Shown here in pieces: positions 46,677 through 61,839 of a stretch of DNA of 64,000 nucleotides. The notes under the pieces were generated by a model that saw only the letters and a list, made by a program, of their open reading frames with translations, was not told the origin of the DNA and ran no database searches. How positions within the stretch are numbered: the stretch's first letter is position 1; the number at the start of each line of letters is the position of its first letter. Made by a program: the position numbers and the translations under genes. The DNA comes from Rebecca billardiae RCC1528 (Eukaryota; Protista; Haptophyta): contig OZ251243.1 of assembly GCA_965240325.2 (NCBI GenBank), positions 496,001 through 560,000 on the forward strand, read 5' to 3'.

Positions 46677-47801
46677 ATGCTCTCCGACATGCTCGCCGGC
46701 ATGGGCAGCGGGGACGACGAGGACGGCGGTGGCGAGACAACGCCATTCTCGGGGACCGAGTCGGCGATGGACGAGGTGATGCAGTCGGCCACCGCCGACT
46801 ACGTTATCTTCTGGCAATGGAACCACGACGACAGTGTGCTCAGGTTCGAGCACTACATGGCTATCGACGGCAGCCTGATGGAGGGCTCCAAGGCGTTCAA
46901 GTTCAAGGCCGAGGAGGGCGCGGTGGGGAACGTGTGGGCGTCGGGAAAGCCCTTCTTCGTCGCCGACGCCATCAAGCTCGACACCAAAGTCTTCTGGCGG
47001 CAGAAGCTCGCGTCGTACTACCAGGTCAGATCAGTCGCGATGATCAAATATCCGAACGGCGTGCTCGAGTTCGGCTCGCGCAAGCAGTGGGACGAGGCCC
47101 CGCCGCACGCGGGGGGCAAGGCGAAGCGTGACGCTGAGGCGGCGAAGTTCCCGGAATTCCAGGCGAACCAGATGAAGCTCAATCGCGTGATGGACGAGAC
47201 GCGGGCAGAGTACGGTGCGACCGCTTGCTTGCGACGCGCCGCGCGCCGCCGCCGCGGACTCGTGGGGTGCGCGCAGCTCATCTCCGCGCGCACTGGCTCC
47301 CCGCGCGACGTGCCTGCCACAGCGATGTTCTGGCGGCACTTCAGTGCGGTCGACGAGCTCAAGTGCCTGGTGTACCACTCGGTCGACGGCAAGCTGATGC
47401 ACAAGTCGATCACGTTCACGTACACGCCGGGCGTGGGCGTGATCGGCAGGGCATGGGTGAGCAAGAAGCGCTCGTTTGTGATGGACGCGCAGGCGCTCGA
47501 CGGCAGGAAGTTCCCGCGCAAGCACCTGGCCAAGCTTTACGGCATCCGCTCCATCGCCTTCGTGCCGTTCGCGAATGGCATCCTCGAGCTGGGCACGCGC
47601 GAGACGTGGCAGACGGCCCCCGACTACAGTGCCAAGTCGGAGATGCCGGGCGGCAACAAGCCGCGCCGCGGTGGCGGCGGCGGTGGCGGCCGCAGGCCTC
47701 CGCCACAAGCGCATCATCCCGGCGGCCCTGGGACACAGATGGGCGGCGGATTCAACGGCATCGTTGACGCATCATCCGACTCGAGCTCTGACGAGAGCTG
47801 A
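46677..47801 (+). CDS. Protein with two tandem GAF-like (bHLH-MYC_N-like) domains; intron 47215-47322
   Basis: Repeat 1: DYVIFWQ...FKAEEGAVGNVWASG...R.KLA...VRSVAM...NGVLEFGS. Repeat 2 after splicing: EYAMFWR...YTPGVGVIGRAW...RKHLA..YGIRSIAFVPFANGILELGT. Confidence 0.8.
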   Translation: MLSDMLAGMGSGDDEDGGGETTPFSGTESAMDEVMQSATADYVIFWQWNHDDSVLRFEHYMAIDGSLMEGSKAFKFKAEEGAVGNVWASGKPFFVADAIKLDTKVFWRQKLASYYQVRSVAMIKYPNGVLEFGSRKQWDEAPPHAGGKAKRDAEAAKFPEFQANQMKLNRVMDETRAEYGATACLRRAARRRRGLVGCAQLISARTGSPRDVPATAMFWRHFSAVDELKCLVYHSVDGKLMHKSITFTYTPGVGVIGRAWVSKKRSFVMDAQALDGRKFPRKHLAKLYGIRSIAFVPFANGILELGTRETWQTAPDYSAKSEMPGGNKPRRGGGGGGGRRPPPQAHHPGGPGTQMGGGFNGIVDASSDSSSDES

Positions 47802-48668
47802 TTGGCGGGCGCCGCTAATGACCCGTGTCGAGACAGACATTAATGGTGAGCCCGGCCTGGACCCGAGTCAGCTGCCACGGTGACGGGGAGTGCCGCACCT
47901 GAATGAATAAACAGATACTATACTCACTCGGCGGAATTAATATCGAATACTGCGCGCTGATGCTGATGATATATTATTAACTGACAGTCGGGCATAAGCT
48001 GATCAGGTCATTCCTCGGAGGACTCATGGTCATGAGCGTCGCCGTCACTGGCTCAGAGTGCAACAGACACATAGAATATGACACTCTGATATGTCAAATC
48101 CGCGGCCACGAGTGACGACTCCACGACCCGTCCGAGACTGCTCTCACTCAGACAGACACTCTGGCCGCGGCCGGCGCGTCCGACTACTTACAGTCTCACT
48201 GCGCGTCCGACTGATCAAAACGGCGCGGGTTCCGGTCCGACGTGAGGCTCGGCGGCCACAGATACTGAATAATACCGCGATATCGTCATCATTGTCCAGA
48301 CAGGCCCGGAGGTCCCCTGACTGGGGCTCAGGCTCCCGATACATGCTGAGCTCGGTTGGCGCCACCAAGGCCTCGAGGACCGCGGCCGCGTGCGGTCAGC
48401 CGTCCGTCAGCCCGCGTCCGGGGCCCGGGCTGACACAGATCGGTCAGATAGCCGGCCCAGGCCGATCTGGCACGGGCGAGCAAGCCGCCAGGCGATGACA
48501 GAGAGCACGGAGCGGTCACTGCAGCCTCCCGCTGAGTGTGACCGACATGAGATCGAATGCAGCTGCGGGAGGCGGCCACACCGGTGACGCCACCACCCAT
48601 CCGGAGAGCCGCGTCTGCGTTGCGCGAGGGCGTGGGCTTGGTCGTGCCAGCCAGCCCCCAATTCGCCG

Positions 48669-48986
48669 TCACCTGAGCGTGGAGAACTGCACGTACTGGG
48701 CGCATCCAGCGCCATGATTCTCGTAGACGAGTCTCCGCGCTGATGCGCTGCCGCGCTCTAGCTCATCGGAGCGCTGTGGCCGGGGAGCAAACGCTGACCT
48801 CGGATTGGGCGACGTCGGATCCGGTGTGCCGTCCGGACGCCGGAAAACAAATGGAGCGGGTTCCGCAGGGGCGACAGCGGCCGCCTCGGCAGAGCACCGC
48901 GTCTCCACATTGTCGGAGAACGTGACGTGCACTCTCCGTGTGCTCTCGTCGTCGTGCTTTGCACGCTTGGCGGGCTGCAAGAGCAT
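48669..48986 (-). CDS. Possible small protein with a PP1-docking-like RVxF motif
   Basis: MLLQPAKRAKHDDESTRRVHVTFSDNVE...; the 3' structure is uncertain. Confidence 0.3.
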   Translation of the reverse strand: MLLQPAKRAKHDDESTRRVHVTFSDNVETRCSAEAAAVAPAEPAPFVFRRPDGTPDPTSPNPRSAFAPRPQRSDELERGSASARRLVYENHGAGCAQYVQFSTLR

Positions 48987-50295
48987 GGGCGCTGTGGTGG
49001 AAGGGCAGGGCTTCCAGCAAAAGGCAGGCGGAGGGGCAAGGACGGTAAAACCGCTACTACTCTTCCCCCAACGGCCCAGATAGCGATATATGGGGGTATG
49101 CATACGAAGTACGTAACGGGTACCGAAAAGTTTCGAATACTGTACGATTAAAAATAGGCACGAGAGCGACGAGACTCGATCATCACGGAAGTGATGAACA
49201 AGGGATGCTCATTGGCCAATTGTTTTAAGGAAGGTTTCGGCCGTAACTTCTGTTAGATACCACCCGATTTGGCTATTGAGGGCCCTTGCTTGGACCTTTT
49301 CCGGAAAGCATCGACGGCCACTGCTGCTCAAGCCTAACACGGGGCCCGCGGCGGCGGGAAGCGCTCGGGCGCGGCCGAGAATGTCACGGCCCAGACGCCT
49401 CTCGCCCGCCGCGGACACGCACGGCGCATCCTCCTCGCACGCTGCTCACTCCATCCGGTGCCAAAGCGGTTGTAGTTGCTGCCGACCGGCAGTAGAGTTC
49501 CGCGGCTGGTCAGAGTTGGTCGCCACTGGCCCGCGCACCCGCTCTGCGCTAGTCGACGCCCTCTGAAGGTGACTCGGGGTGCATGCGGGGCAGTGCCATG
49601 CCGTGGGTCGGCATTGACTCGCAGTCGTCCAGCGTGCAGGCCACGTAGTGCGGGCGTGGTGCGCGCATGGCCCAGTCAAGTGGTCGCGGCATGTTCTCAC
49701 TTGGTCTGCCCAAGGCCCGTGCCGCACCGCGAAACGAGCGCTCAGGAGCGTGCGCTGAGCGTGCCAGCCATGCCGAGATGAGGCACATCGCTGGGAAATG
49801 CGGGCTCAAGTTCCATCCTGGCTCAAGTTCCTGACTGCGAGCGCTCCATACAGACCCATTAAGGACGTCTGTATTCTAAGGATGTAGTCCTACGACGGAG
49901 CGGAGGCCCGCCGCCCGGCTCCCAACCCTGCATTAGATGCAGGGATGTGACACCGCGCCACTCTCCAGTTCCGTCTCGCACGCCTTTCACGCGGCCATCG
50001 CCCGCGATTCGCACTCGACGCGCCGTGAGAGTGCGCAAGTCGCGAGAGCACGGCACTAGACTGAGCACTCCTGCCGTGAACTGCTTGCGCCAATTGACTC
50101 AAAACAAGCCGCGCTAGCAAGTAGTGGCCGGGCGCGCAGGCCGGGCGCGCAGCTGCGGCACAGGCCCAAGGACAACGTTGTGAGCAGGAAACGCGCGCTT
50201 GTCGGAGGGGGAGTGCTCATCTGCGGGCGCAGCGAGCGCAGCTTAGAAGTCTGCGACAACGGTACCCGTTACCGTTGTCGGCAGCCGCCACGGCG

Positions 50296-52005
50296 TCAAA
50301 CTGTCCTGGCAGCAGTCGCAGGCGGCCGAAGCCGCCCTGCTTCGAATGCGTCAGGCAGCGGGCGGTATCGCAGGTGCGTGCGGTAGATGTCGTGTGCTCG
50401 CAAGATGCGCACGAGCGCGTCGGAGGGCAGCAGCTGCTGCTTCTCAGGGCGGTTGCCGCTGCTCATTGGCACAGCTGGTTCGGGGCTGTCGGCGCTGAGT
50501 GCGACCGGGGGAGCCTCACCCCTCTGCATCGGGCTAATCTGCCCGCGGCCGGCGTCGGTGGCAGCGTCCGAGCTGCTCGAGCAGACCGCCTGCTCCGTAC
50601 CGGCGCACAGGCGCGCCGTGGCACACTGCCCGGATTCCATCAGAAGCGTGGTCGCGGCGGCCACGCCCGAGTTGTCGCCGCCGATCACCGTATAGGTGTG
50701 TGCCATGCCGAGCAGCGGAAACAGCTCCGTGTACATGCCCATCGAGCGCTCCGAGCTGATACTCGGCGGCCGATCGTTGTCAAAGACCACCTGGTGGCCC
50801 CCAAACAGAGCGGAGAGCCAGGCGGTGCCCCCCTGCACTGAGACGAGGCACTCGGCGCGCGCCATGGCCAGCGCGAGCGCGTCGTTCCGGCTGAGGGTGA
50901 GGTTGGCCGGCGGGTCGATCCTGGCGCCCATGGCCCCGACGGCCTCGTCGCTCGCGGCCGCGGCGGCCGAGAGCGCCATCGCCTCCTCGACGGTGAAGAC
51001 GCGTCCGCTCCAAGCGTCGGACGTGTTGTGCGCGCGCGCGCGGATCAGCCGCGCATCACCGAGCTCGTCGCTGGCTTCGGCGCCGGCGTGGTCGGCGACG
51101 ATCGCGGTGCCGGTCGGGTGGTTGTACACGACGGCGTGGCCCGTGCGCACCGCCGCGTCGATCAGAGCCGTGAGCGTGGGGAGCGCGAGGAAGTTGACCG
51201 GCGAGCCGTTCCACTCGCGGTTGAACTTGTTGCTCACCGCGATGATGCCGCGCACTTGCACCTGCAGCCGATCCAGCCACGTGTGGAAGGCCTCGTGCGC
51301 GCCGCGCGTGCGCCGTGCGCCGCGCGGCGGGCGCGTCGCGCAGATGTACGCGCGCAGCGGCGGCGCGAGCCATTCGTGCCCAAAGTAGCTTGCCAGACCG
51401 GTCAGGAAGCCGCCCTGCGTTCGTTCGACCCACTGCAGCGCTGCCGGCACCGCGCCGTGGAACAGGTGCAGGTTGTGCGCGTGCGAGCGCTCGCACAGCG
51501 CGGCAGTGCGGTACTCGCTGGCGAACCAGTAGTGCAGGCCCATCTCGCCGCAGCCGACGACCCGCATCCCCTCGGCGCCGTGCTCCAGCTCGTGCAGCCG
51601 CTTGAAAAAGACAGCGCCGAGCACAAACACCTCGTATCCAAACTCGCCGCGGAAATGCCAGCGCCCCGTGGCGGCGGGGGCGGCGGCGGGCGCACGTCGG
51701 CGCTCCCGGGGGCTCAGCTCACCGCGCGCCATGCGCTCGCGCAGCAAAGGCTGGTGCGCTGGGTCGGCGCCGACGTCGAGCATCAGGTCAGGCTCAACGC
51801 TTCTCTGCACGTCCGCTAGATGCCTGAGCGTCACGCGCAGGATGGCGTCGCGCGAGCTGCACGGCCGTGTGACGGGGGAGCTCGCCCGCGCGTGTTGCTG
51901 CTCTACCGGCGCACTGGGGCGGAGCAAGGAGGCCACGCGGAACGACAGCGTCGTGAGCGCGGCGAGCGCACACACGGTCACGAGCAGTCGCCTCGGAGGC
52001 GCCAT
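50296..52005 (-). CDS. Type II membrane or secreted protein, putative GT-B-like glycosyltransferase
   Basis: N-terminal anchor; motifs GEFGYE, SNKFNREWNGSPVNFL, VVYNHP and AECLVSVQGGTAWLSALFGG (GT9-like C-terminal pattern). Confidence 0.7.
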   Translation of the reverse strand: MAPPRRLLVTVCALAALTTLSFRVASLLRPSAPVEQQHARASSPVTRPCSSRDAILRVTLRHLADVQRSVEPDLMLDVGADPAHQPLLRERMARGELSPRERRRAPAAAPAATGRWHFRGEFGYEVFVLGAVFFKRLHELEHGAEGMRVVGCGEMGLHYWFASEYRTAALCERSHAHNLHLFHGAVPAALQWVERTQGGFLTGLASYFGHEWLAPPLRAYICATRPPRGARRTRGAHEAFHTWLDRLQVQVRGIIAVSNKFNREWNGSPVNFLALPTLTALIDAAVRTGHAVVYNHPTGTAIVADHAGAEASDELGDARLIRARAHNTSDAWSGRVFTVEEAMALSAAAAASDEAVGAMGARIDPPANLTLSRNDALALAMARAECLVSVQGGTAWLSALFGGHQVVFDNDRPPSISSERSMGMYTELFPLLGMAHTYTVIGGDNSGVAAATTLLMESGQCATARLCAGTEQAVCSSSSDAATDAGRGQISPMQRGEAPPVALSADSPEPAVPMSSGNRPEKQQLLPSDALVRILRAHDIYRTHLRYRPLPDAFEAGRLRPPATAARTV

Positions 52006-52227
52006 GCTTGGCCCGTTCGTTTATTCGCTGCCGGCGTTGTCGACTTCCAAGCAAGGGGCTTACAAAATACCACAGCATCGTCGGGATTCTCAGGAACCCC
52101 GCCTAGACTCACGTCGCTGTGCCGACTCACGCCTGACTGGCACTCACTGACTCTTGGCCCAGTCGCGCTGTCGCGGCCCCAACGACCCGTCCTGCGCGCG
52201 CGTCGACGCTCCGCTGTCGCGGGTGAC

Positions 52228-53533
52228 ATGGAAGATCTCGATCGTTTTCTCAAGACCCTCGAGGCCGCACAGGCCAAGACCACCGCGAACACCTCGCTTA
52301 TCAGCATCTACGCGCCGGCCGGAGCGCACTTGAGCGCGCTACCCTCCAAGCTGCGCGCCGAGATGTCGGCGGCGACCAACATCAAGTCGCGCGTTTAACC
52401 GGCGCGAGGTCGAGTCGAACCTGCGCTCGGCGCAGCAGCTGCTGAAGAGAGCGCCGCCCAACAGCCAGTCGGGTGCCGCGTTCTTCGTCGGCGCTGGCGT
52501 CGCTGAGCTTGTTCTGCCGCCCAGGCCCATCCGGCGGTTTGTGTACCACTGCGATCGGCGCTTCTTCGTTGAGCCACTGGTCGAGATGACGGCCGCCGCG
52601 CGCGAGCAGCAGGCCGCGTTCGGCGTGGTGGCGATCGACGGCAAGGAGGCAGTGATTGCTCGGGCTGATGGCGACGATGTGCACGTGTGCACGACACTCG
52701 CATGCAGGAACATGCGCCGCACTCGGCGCGGAGGCCAGTCTGCGCTTCGATTCGACAGGCTCCGTGACGGTGCTGAGTCGGCGTTCATCATCGCGGTTGC
52801 CGAGGCGGTGAACACGGCTTTTGCGCCGCCGACGCCCGAAAGTGGCGAGAAGGCGCTCAGTGGCCTCCTGCTTGGCGGCCCCGCCTCTCTCAAGCACCAG
52901 CTGGCCGGCAGCATGGCGCTCGCGCCCGCACTCAAGCAGCTCATCTGTGCTACGGTGGACACGTCTTGCAGCGGGCGGCCGGCGGTCGCGGAGATCCTGC
53001 GCGCCACGAGCACGGAGCGCACGGGCGCGTCAGACGCGCCCGCGCGCGCCGCCTTGGCGCGCTTCTCAGTGGCGCTGGCACGCGGCGACGACGACCTCCT
53101 ACTGTACGGGCTGCACGAGACGGTGAGTGCGGTGGAGGCTCACGCGGCGGCGGAGGTGCTGGTGAGCAGCCATGCGCACGCGGCCACGCGTGTGCCGACC
53201 ACCGCACCTGCTACCGGCGAGGAGCATGTGCCACTACTCGAGTGGCTGCGCGACGCGTGCGCCGTTAGCAGTGCGAAGCTTCACATCATGCAGGCAAAGA
53301 CGGAGCAAGCCATGCAGTTCGCTCAGCTGGGCGGCGCTGCAGCCTTCCTGCGCTTCCCATTCAAGCTGGATGAAGAGCCGGACAGCGTCGCTCGTGGCGA
53401 CGCGTCCAACGACCTACTTGACGAGATCCGGGGTCACGGGGCCACTGCCGCCGAAGCTCATGAGCATGGGCGACGCAGCCGATTCGGAGACGTCTCAAGT
53501 ACCGTGCTAAGCGGCGGCGGTGATAGCGCTTGA
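52228..53533 (+). CDS. Divergent eRF1/aRF1 class-I release factor homologue, split by a +1 frameshift at 52393-52399 (about 434 aa if shifted)
   Basis: ORF1 52228-52398: NTSLISIY...ATNIKSRV*. The +1 frame, 52397-53533: NRREV...PPRPIRRFVYHCDRRF...FGVVAIDG...RRGGQSALRFDRLR...LLLGGPASLK...YGLHETVSAVE...QFAQLGGAAAFLRFP. Confidence 0.88.
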
Positions 53534-53986
53534 GTTAGAGGGACTCCGGCGTCACGATCAGGCACTGAGTGCCAATCTGATGGCAGCAGTACGTGCGCCG
53601 ACCTGGGCTCCGCCGTTCGTCATCGGAATCCGTGGCAGCGAGACCCGGGTGAATAAGGGTCCACAGCACGAATGGTGGCGTCGCGAGGCACATGCTCGGA
53701 GTGCTCACGCATATGTCATGTCACATGGCGGCCATGTGCGCTTATGCGGCTTATGAGTTATGGCGCGCTGATGGCGCGCGGCTGACTATCATGATCATCA
53801 GACTCGCTCAATGACACGTAGTACTATAGCTAGATGATTGCGATATGACACTGATTGATGCCGATGATGCGCTGACGATGCGCGCGGTCTGGAGGTAGTC
53901 TCATCAGACATCACTCTCCGTCCGGAGACGGCGCGGATATATATCGGATTAATATTGGGGCCGCTGCTATTCTGGGGCCACTGGCA

Positions 53987-54088
<102 letters not shown>

Positions 54089-55641
54089 TGCCCTGGCGGG
54101 CGGGGGGGTCGGCGGGCCGTGCCAGTGCTGTCGCAATGTATCCTCTGCGGTTTCGCGTCTTTCCACATTCGCTCGTGGCCGTGGGTGACGGACAGTCGAG
54201 TGCAAGGACCAGTGACACGTGAAGTTGGCTCCCCGACGTGTACAAGTCTCAGTAGTCTGTACTCTTCATGCGCATCAGCGAGGCCCACACCCACGAGGGA
54301 ATGTGCAGCACGCGGGGCGGGGCGGGTAGCCCGTTACTCCGCGCGAGCGCGGGTACGCGATGTATGTGCCGCATCTCGACCGCGATGGCGTAATCGAGCG
54401 CCTCATTCGCCGTCGACGAAGCCGCCAGAGTAGATCGTGTGCATGTCCTCCTCGGCCGCCAGCCGAGAGCGGTCGTCGAGAGGATGCTTGCCGATGTCCG
54501 CTCCGGGCATGATGGGCTCGGCGCAGGTCGCGTTGACGTCGTACACGGCCGCCACGCTGAGCACGAGCGCGTTGACGTTCACGCGGTCGTCGCTCTTCGC
54601 CTTTTCGACAGGTCTGGCGCCCGCGTGTTTGGCGGCACGAGGAGCTGTTGGTTGTGCGCGCGCGCGCGCACAGCGACAGCGTGTGCCACTCGCGATCGAG
54701 ATTGGGCACGAGCTGCTCACGCAGGCACACGAATCGCAGCGCATCCGTCACCGGCGTGACGACGTCCGCCTCGTCACGCAGCGCCTGCGCCATGGACGAG
54801 GATGGCGCGGCGATGTTGCATGCTCAACGATTCATCTCTTTGCGGATGGCATCACGGGCTTGTCTGCGTCGCGCTGCGGCGAGGGTCGCCAACTCGCAAA
54901 GACGCGGTTGCTGTCACGCCGACAGACCCCGGAGGTGCGTCCGCTGCGCGTCGTACGCCGTTGGCGCTGCGCTTCCGTCGCATTGGTCACCGTCGACGCC
55001 ATGCAGGCCGGACGTGGGCTTCGGCTGAGGGACCGGACCGCGAGCAATGACTGAGTCCGGTGCGCGGATTCCGGCGATCGAGTTCAGAAGGCCGCGCCAA
55101 ATCTTGCGTCGCGTGCGATGGCGCTTCCCGCCCGCGAGACGCCTCGTGATGAGGGCTTTCTCGCACCGAGCCCGACGCGCGACGGTGGATCGCGCGAGGC
55201 GGTCATCGTGCGCAGCGCATGATGCTATGGCCGGTGCGAGCTTTCGACGTGCACGTCGGGCGAGGATCGCCCCAGGTCGCACGATCGTGTCGACGCGCCG
55301 AGCGTACCGCGCTCCAAACGGGTCGATTTGGGCCCCGTTCGACCTGCACGCGAGACGACGAGGGCAGCAATCGCGAATCGGGCGAAAACGCGTCTCGGGA
55401 ATCCCCGCGCGATGTCCGCGCCGGCGTTGGATTTGGCGCGCGCCGCCCACGCGCTCCGCGCCATCCAGGACTCTCTTTCGGCCGAGCGTCCCCAGTGGGA
55501 GCTGCGAGGGCGCCCGGTAGTGAGCGAAGCGACCCGGCAGTGAGCGAGGCGATTTTCTTTTCTTTGCGAGGTGATTTTATTTTTTCTTTTCTTATCTTAT
55601 CTTTTTCCCGGGCACTACAAGGGGCGGACCTACGGCCCGCC

Positions 55642-55683
<42 letters not shown>
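55642..55683. repeat. (TA)n microsatellite
   Basis: Directly visible. Confidence 0.95.
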
Positions 55684-55686
<3 letters not shown>

Positions 55687-57400
55687 AGCGCGCGCTGCTC
55701 GGCGGCACCATGCGGCGCGAGCTGGGCATGCGCTGCCTGCGTGGCCAGGCCAAGATGCTCATCGCCCGCGCGCGCATGGCGCACGTGCGCCCGGGGGCAC
55801 GCGCCCGCGGGGGCGGTGCGTACGACGACTACTTCGAGACGACGGCTGACGACGCGTGGCACCGCGACCACCGCGGTGGCGCGCGCGCGTCGACGCCAGA
55901 CGGTGCGTCGAGCTTCCGCTCGGCGATGGAGTGATGGGCGACTACGAGGGGGGAGGGGGGGGGGGGGGAGGAGCGCTGATCCTAGTGGGTGAAAATCCCA
56001 TTTTCTGGCCTGTCCGGGCGGAAAATCCGGCTGCTCAGATCTGACCGGACCGGGACCCGGACAGCACCGTATCTAGGGACCAGACACTTTTACATCTTCG
56101 TTCTCTTCGGATTTGAGCATGGGGCGGCGCCCCATTTGCACAGTCAAAAGATCGCGGGTGTAAAAGCAACCGTTGTCGAGTTCGATGTAGCGGCTGGGCG
56201 AATTAGTGAATAATTAAAAAACAATTCACGAGACACTTGCGCCCACGGCCGCGATGGCGTGCGCCGTCCACCCACGACGGAGTCGTGGACGGACATCGCT
56301 ACACAGCCTACGCGACAGGCGTTGTCGTGATCGAGGTGCCCGTGCCCGTTGTCGATAGCCAAGCGATTGGCACGACGACCTGGCACCACATCCGCGTCAA
56401 GCGCGGCGAGGCCGTGGTCCAGCGCGTGTGCGGCAAGCTGGCCGATGTGCGGACGGCGGCGGGTGGCGCAGGGGCCCCTGCCGATGCTATCTGGCGGCTG
56501 CTGCGGGGCCTGCTGCCGTGGTCGAGCCTGAGGCAGAGGGCGAGTCAACCGCGGAGCAGCTCAACGCTTCCGAGATCGAGCTGCGCGCGGTCGGACCAGA
56601 TGACGGCCCGCGGCCGTCCAAGCGCACACGCAAGGACGCCCGAGCAGACGCGTTCAGTCCGAGCAAAGCCTGGTCGGCGTACGAGCGCGAGCCAGCTCAG
56701 ACACGGCACGAGCGCACGCGTGACGGCTCGTACGATGAGCTCGTCGGCTTGGTCACCGGGCTGCCGTCGCTCGTCGCCTCGCTTGTCACGTCACACTCAG
56801 CTGAGCAGAGACATCACTCCCGCCGTTCAGCTGATCGACGAGGACGAGGCGGCCAAGGCGGCGGCGGCCCAAACGCCTGGAGGAGGAGCGCAGAAGGAGG
56901 AGGAGCTCACAGCGCTGAGCCTGTGGGGCCGCGCCGAGGCCAGGCACCGCGGCCAGCGGCTGCAGTCGCGGGTGGCTGCCGGACAGCAGCTCGGCGGCAC
57001 ACGCTCACTCATACGTCGATCCTCTTGCTCGAGAGTCGAGGCGGCGGGCAAGGTGCAGGCCGCACGCGAGCTTGCTAAGCGTGCGCAGGCCGAGCCGCAG
57101 GTGAGCCCCGAGGGTACTCGGGACGCCGCGTGCGCAAGCAGGCCGCCTCGCAGCAGCTCGGGTGCTTCGCATAAGACTACGCGGACGAGTACACCCGGAA
57201 AATTTCATCGCACTGCGTGCGCTTTATTCCCTTTATTATTTATTCCTTATTCGCGTATTAAATGACGCTTTTCCGCCTCCCCAGTGCGGAAGTGCGCCAG
57301 AAAATGGGAATTCCACCCTCCTAGTTTGTCTCTGCTGCTCGATCTGCTGCTACGACAGCTTGCTGACTCTGACGCTTGCCCGTTGCATACCACGTCGTTA
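55684..57400 (+). mobile_element. 5'-truncated non-LTR (CRE/RLE-type) retrotransposon copy A, interrupted by a DNA element
   Basis: 55684-55986 plus 57319-57400 match about 62003-62375. Starts after (TA)n and ends ...CATACCACGTCGTTAATATAT. Confidence 0.7.
55987..57318. mobile_element. Non-autonomous TIR DNA transposon with a 7-bp TSD
   Basis: Left end GGGTGAAAATCCCATTTTCTGGC; right end, reverse-complemented, GGGTGGAATTCCCATTTTCTGGC. TCCTAGT is duplicated at 55980-55986 and 57319-57325. Confidence 0.85.
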
Positions 57401-57674
57401 ATATATCACTCAGCTGTATACATAGCTACTTATACGGGAGGAATAATCGCGATCTTGGTGATGTGGTCGTATGGACGTGCGCGCCCTACTTTAAAACGAG
57501 GCCTACTCTGAATTTCGATACTACCTAAAATCTAAATGATGCGCGCACGTCTCTATGCAGTCTGCTCAAAAAGGGATAATGAAATTGTCCGGCCTCTCCA
57601 CCAGCCCTGCTATGATGCGCTGACGAAAATCGCCCTCGTTCGGACTTCGGGCGTTTGTCTGATGATAGCTCAAT

Positions 57675-61825
<4,151 letters not shown>

Positions 61826-61839
61826 ATATATATATATAT

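Noticed and set aside
52393-52540. An intron starting at GT 52393 that would explain the eRF1 frame break
   Set aside because: Introns here are about 85-140 nt. Removing that much would delete the conserved VNR helix and following strand, which are present in the +1 frame. The donor GTTTAA is also unlike the local GTGCG-type donors.
22731-53533. Functional linkage of the eEF3-like and eRF1-like genes
   Set aside because: They are 25 kb apart with many unrelated genes between; no evidence beyond shared theme.
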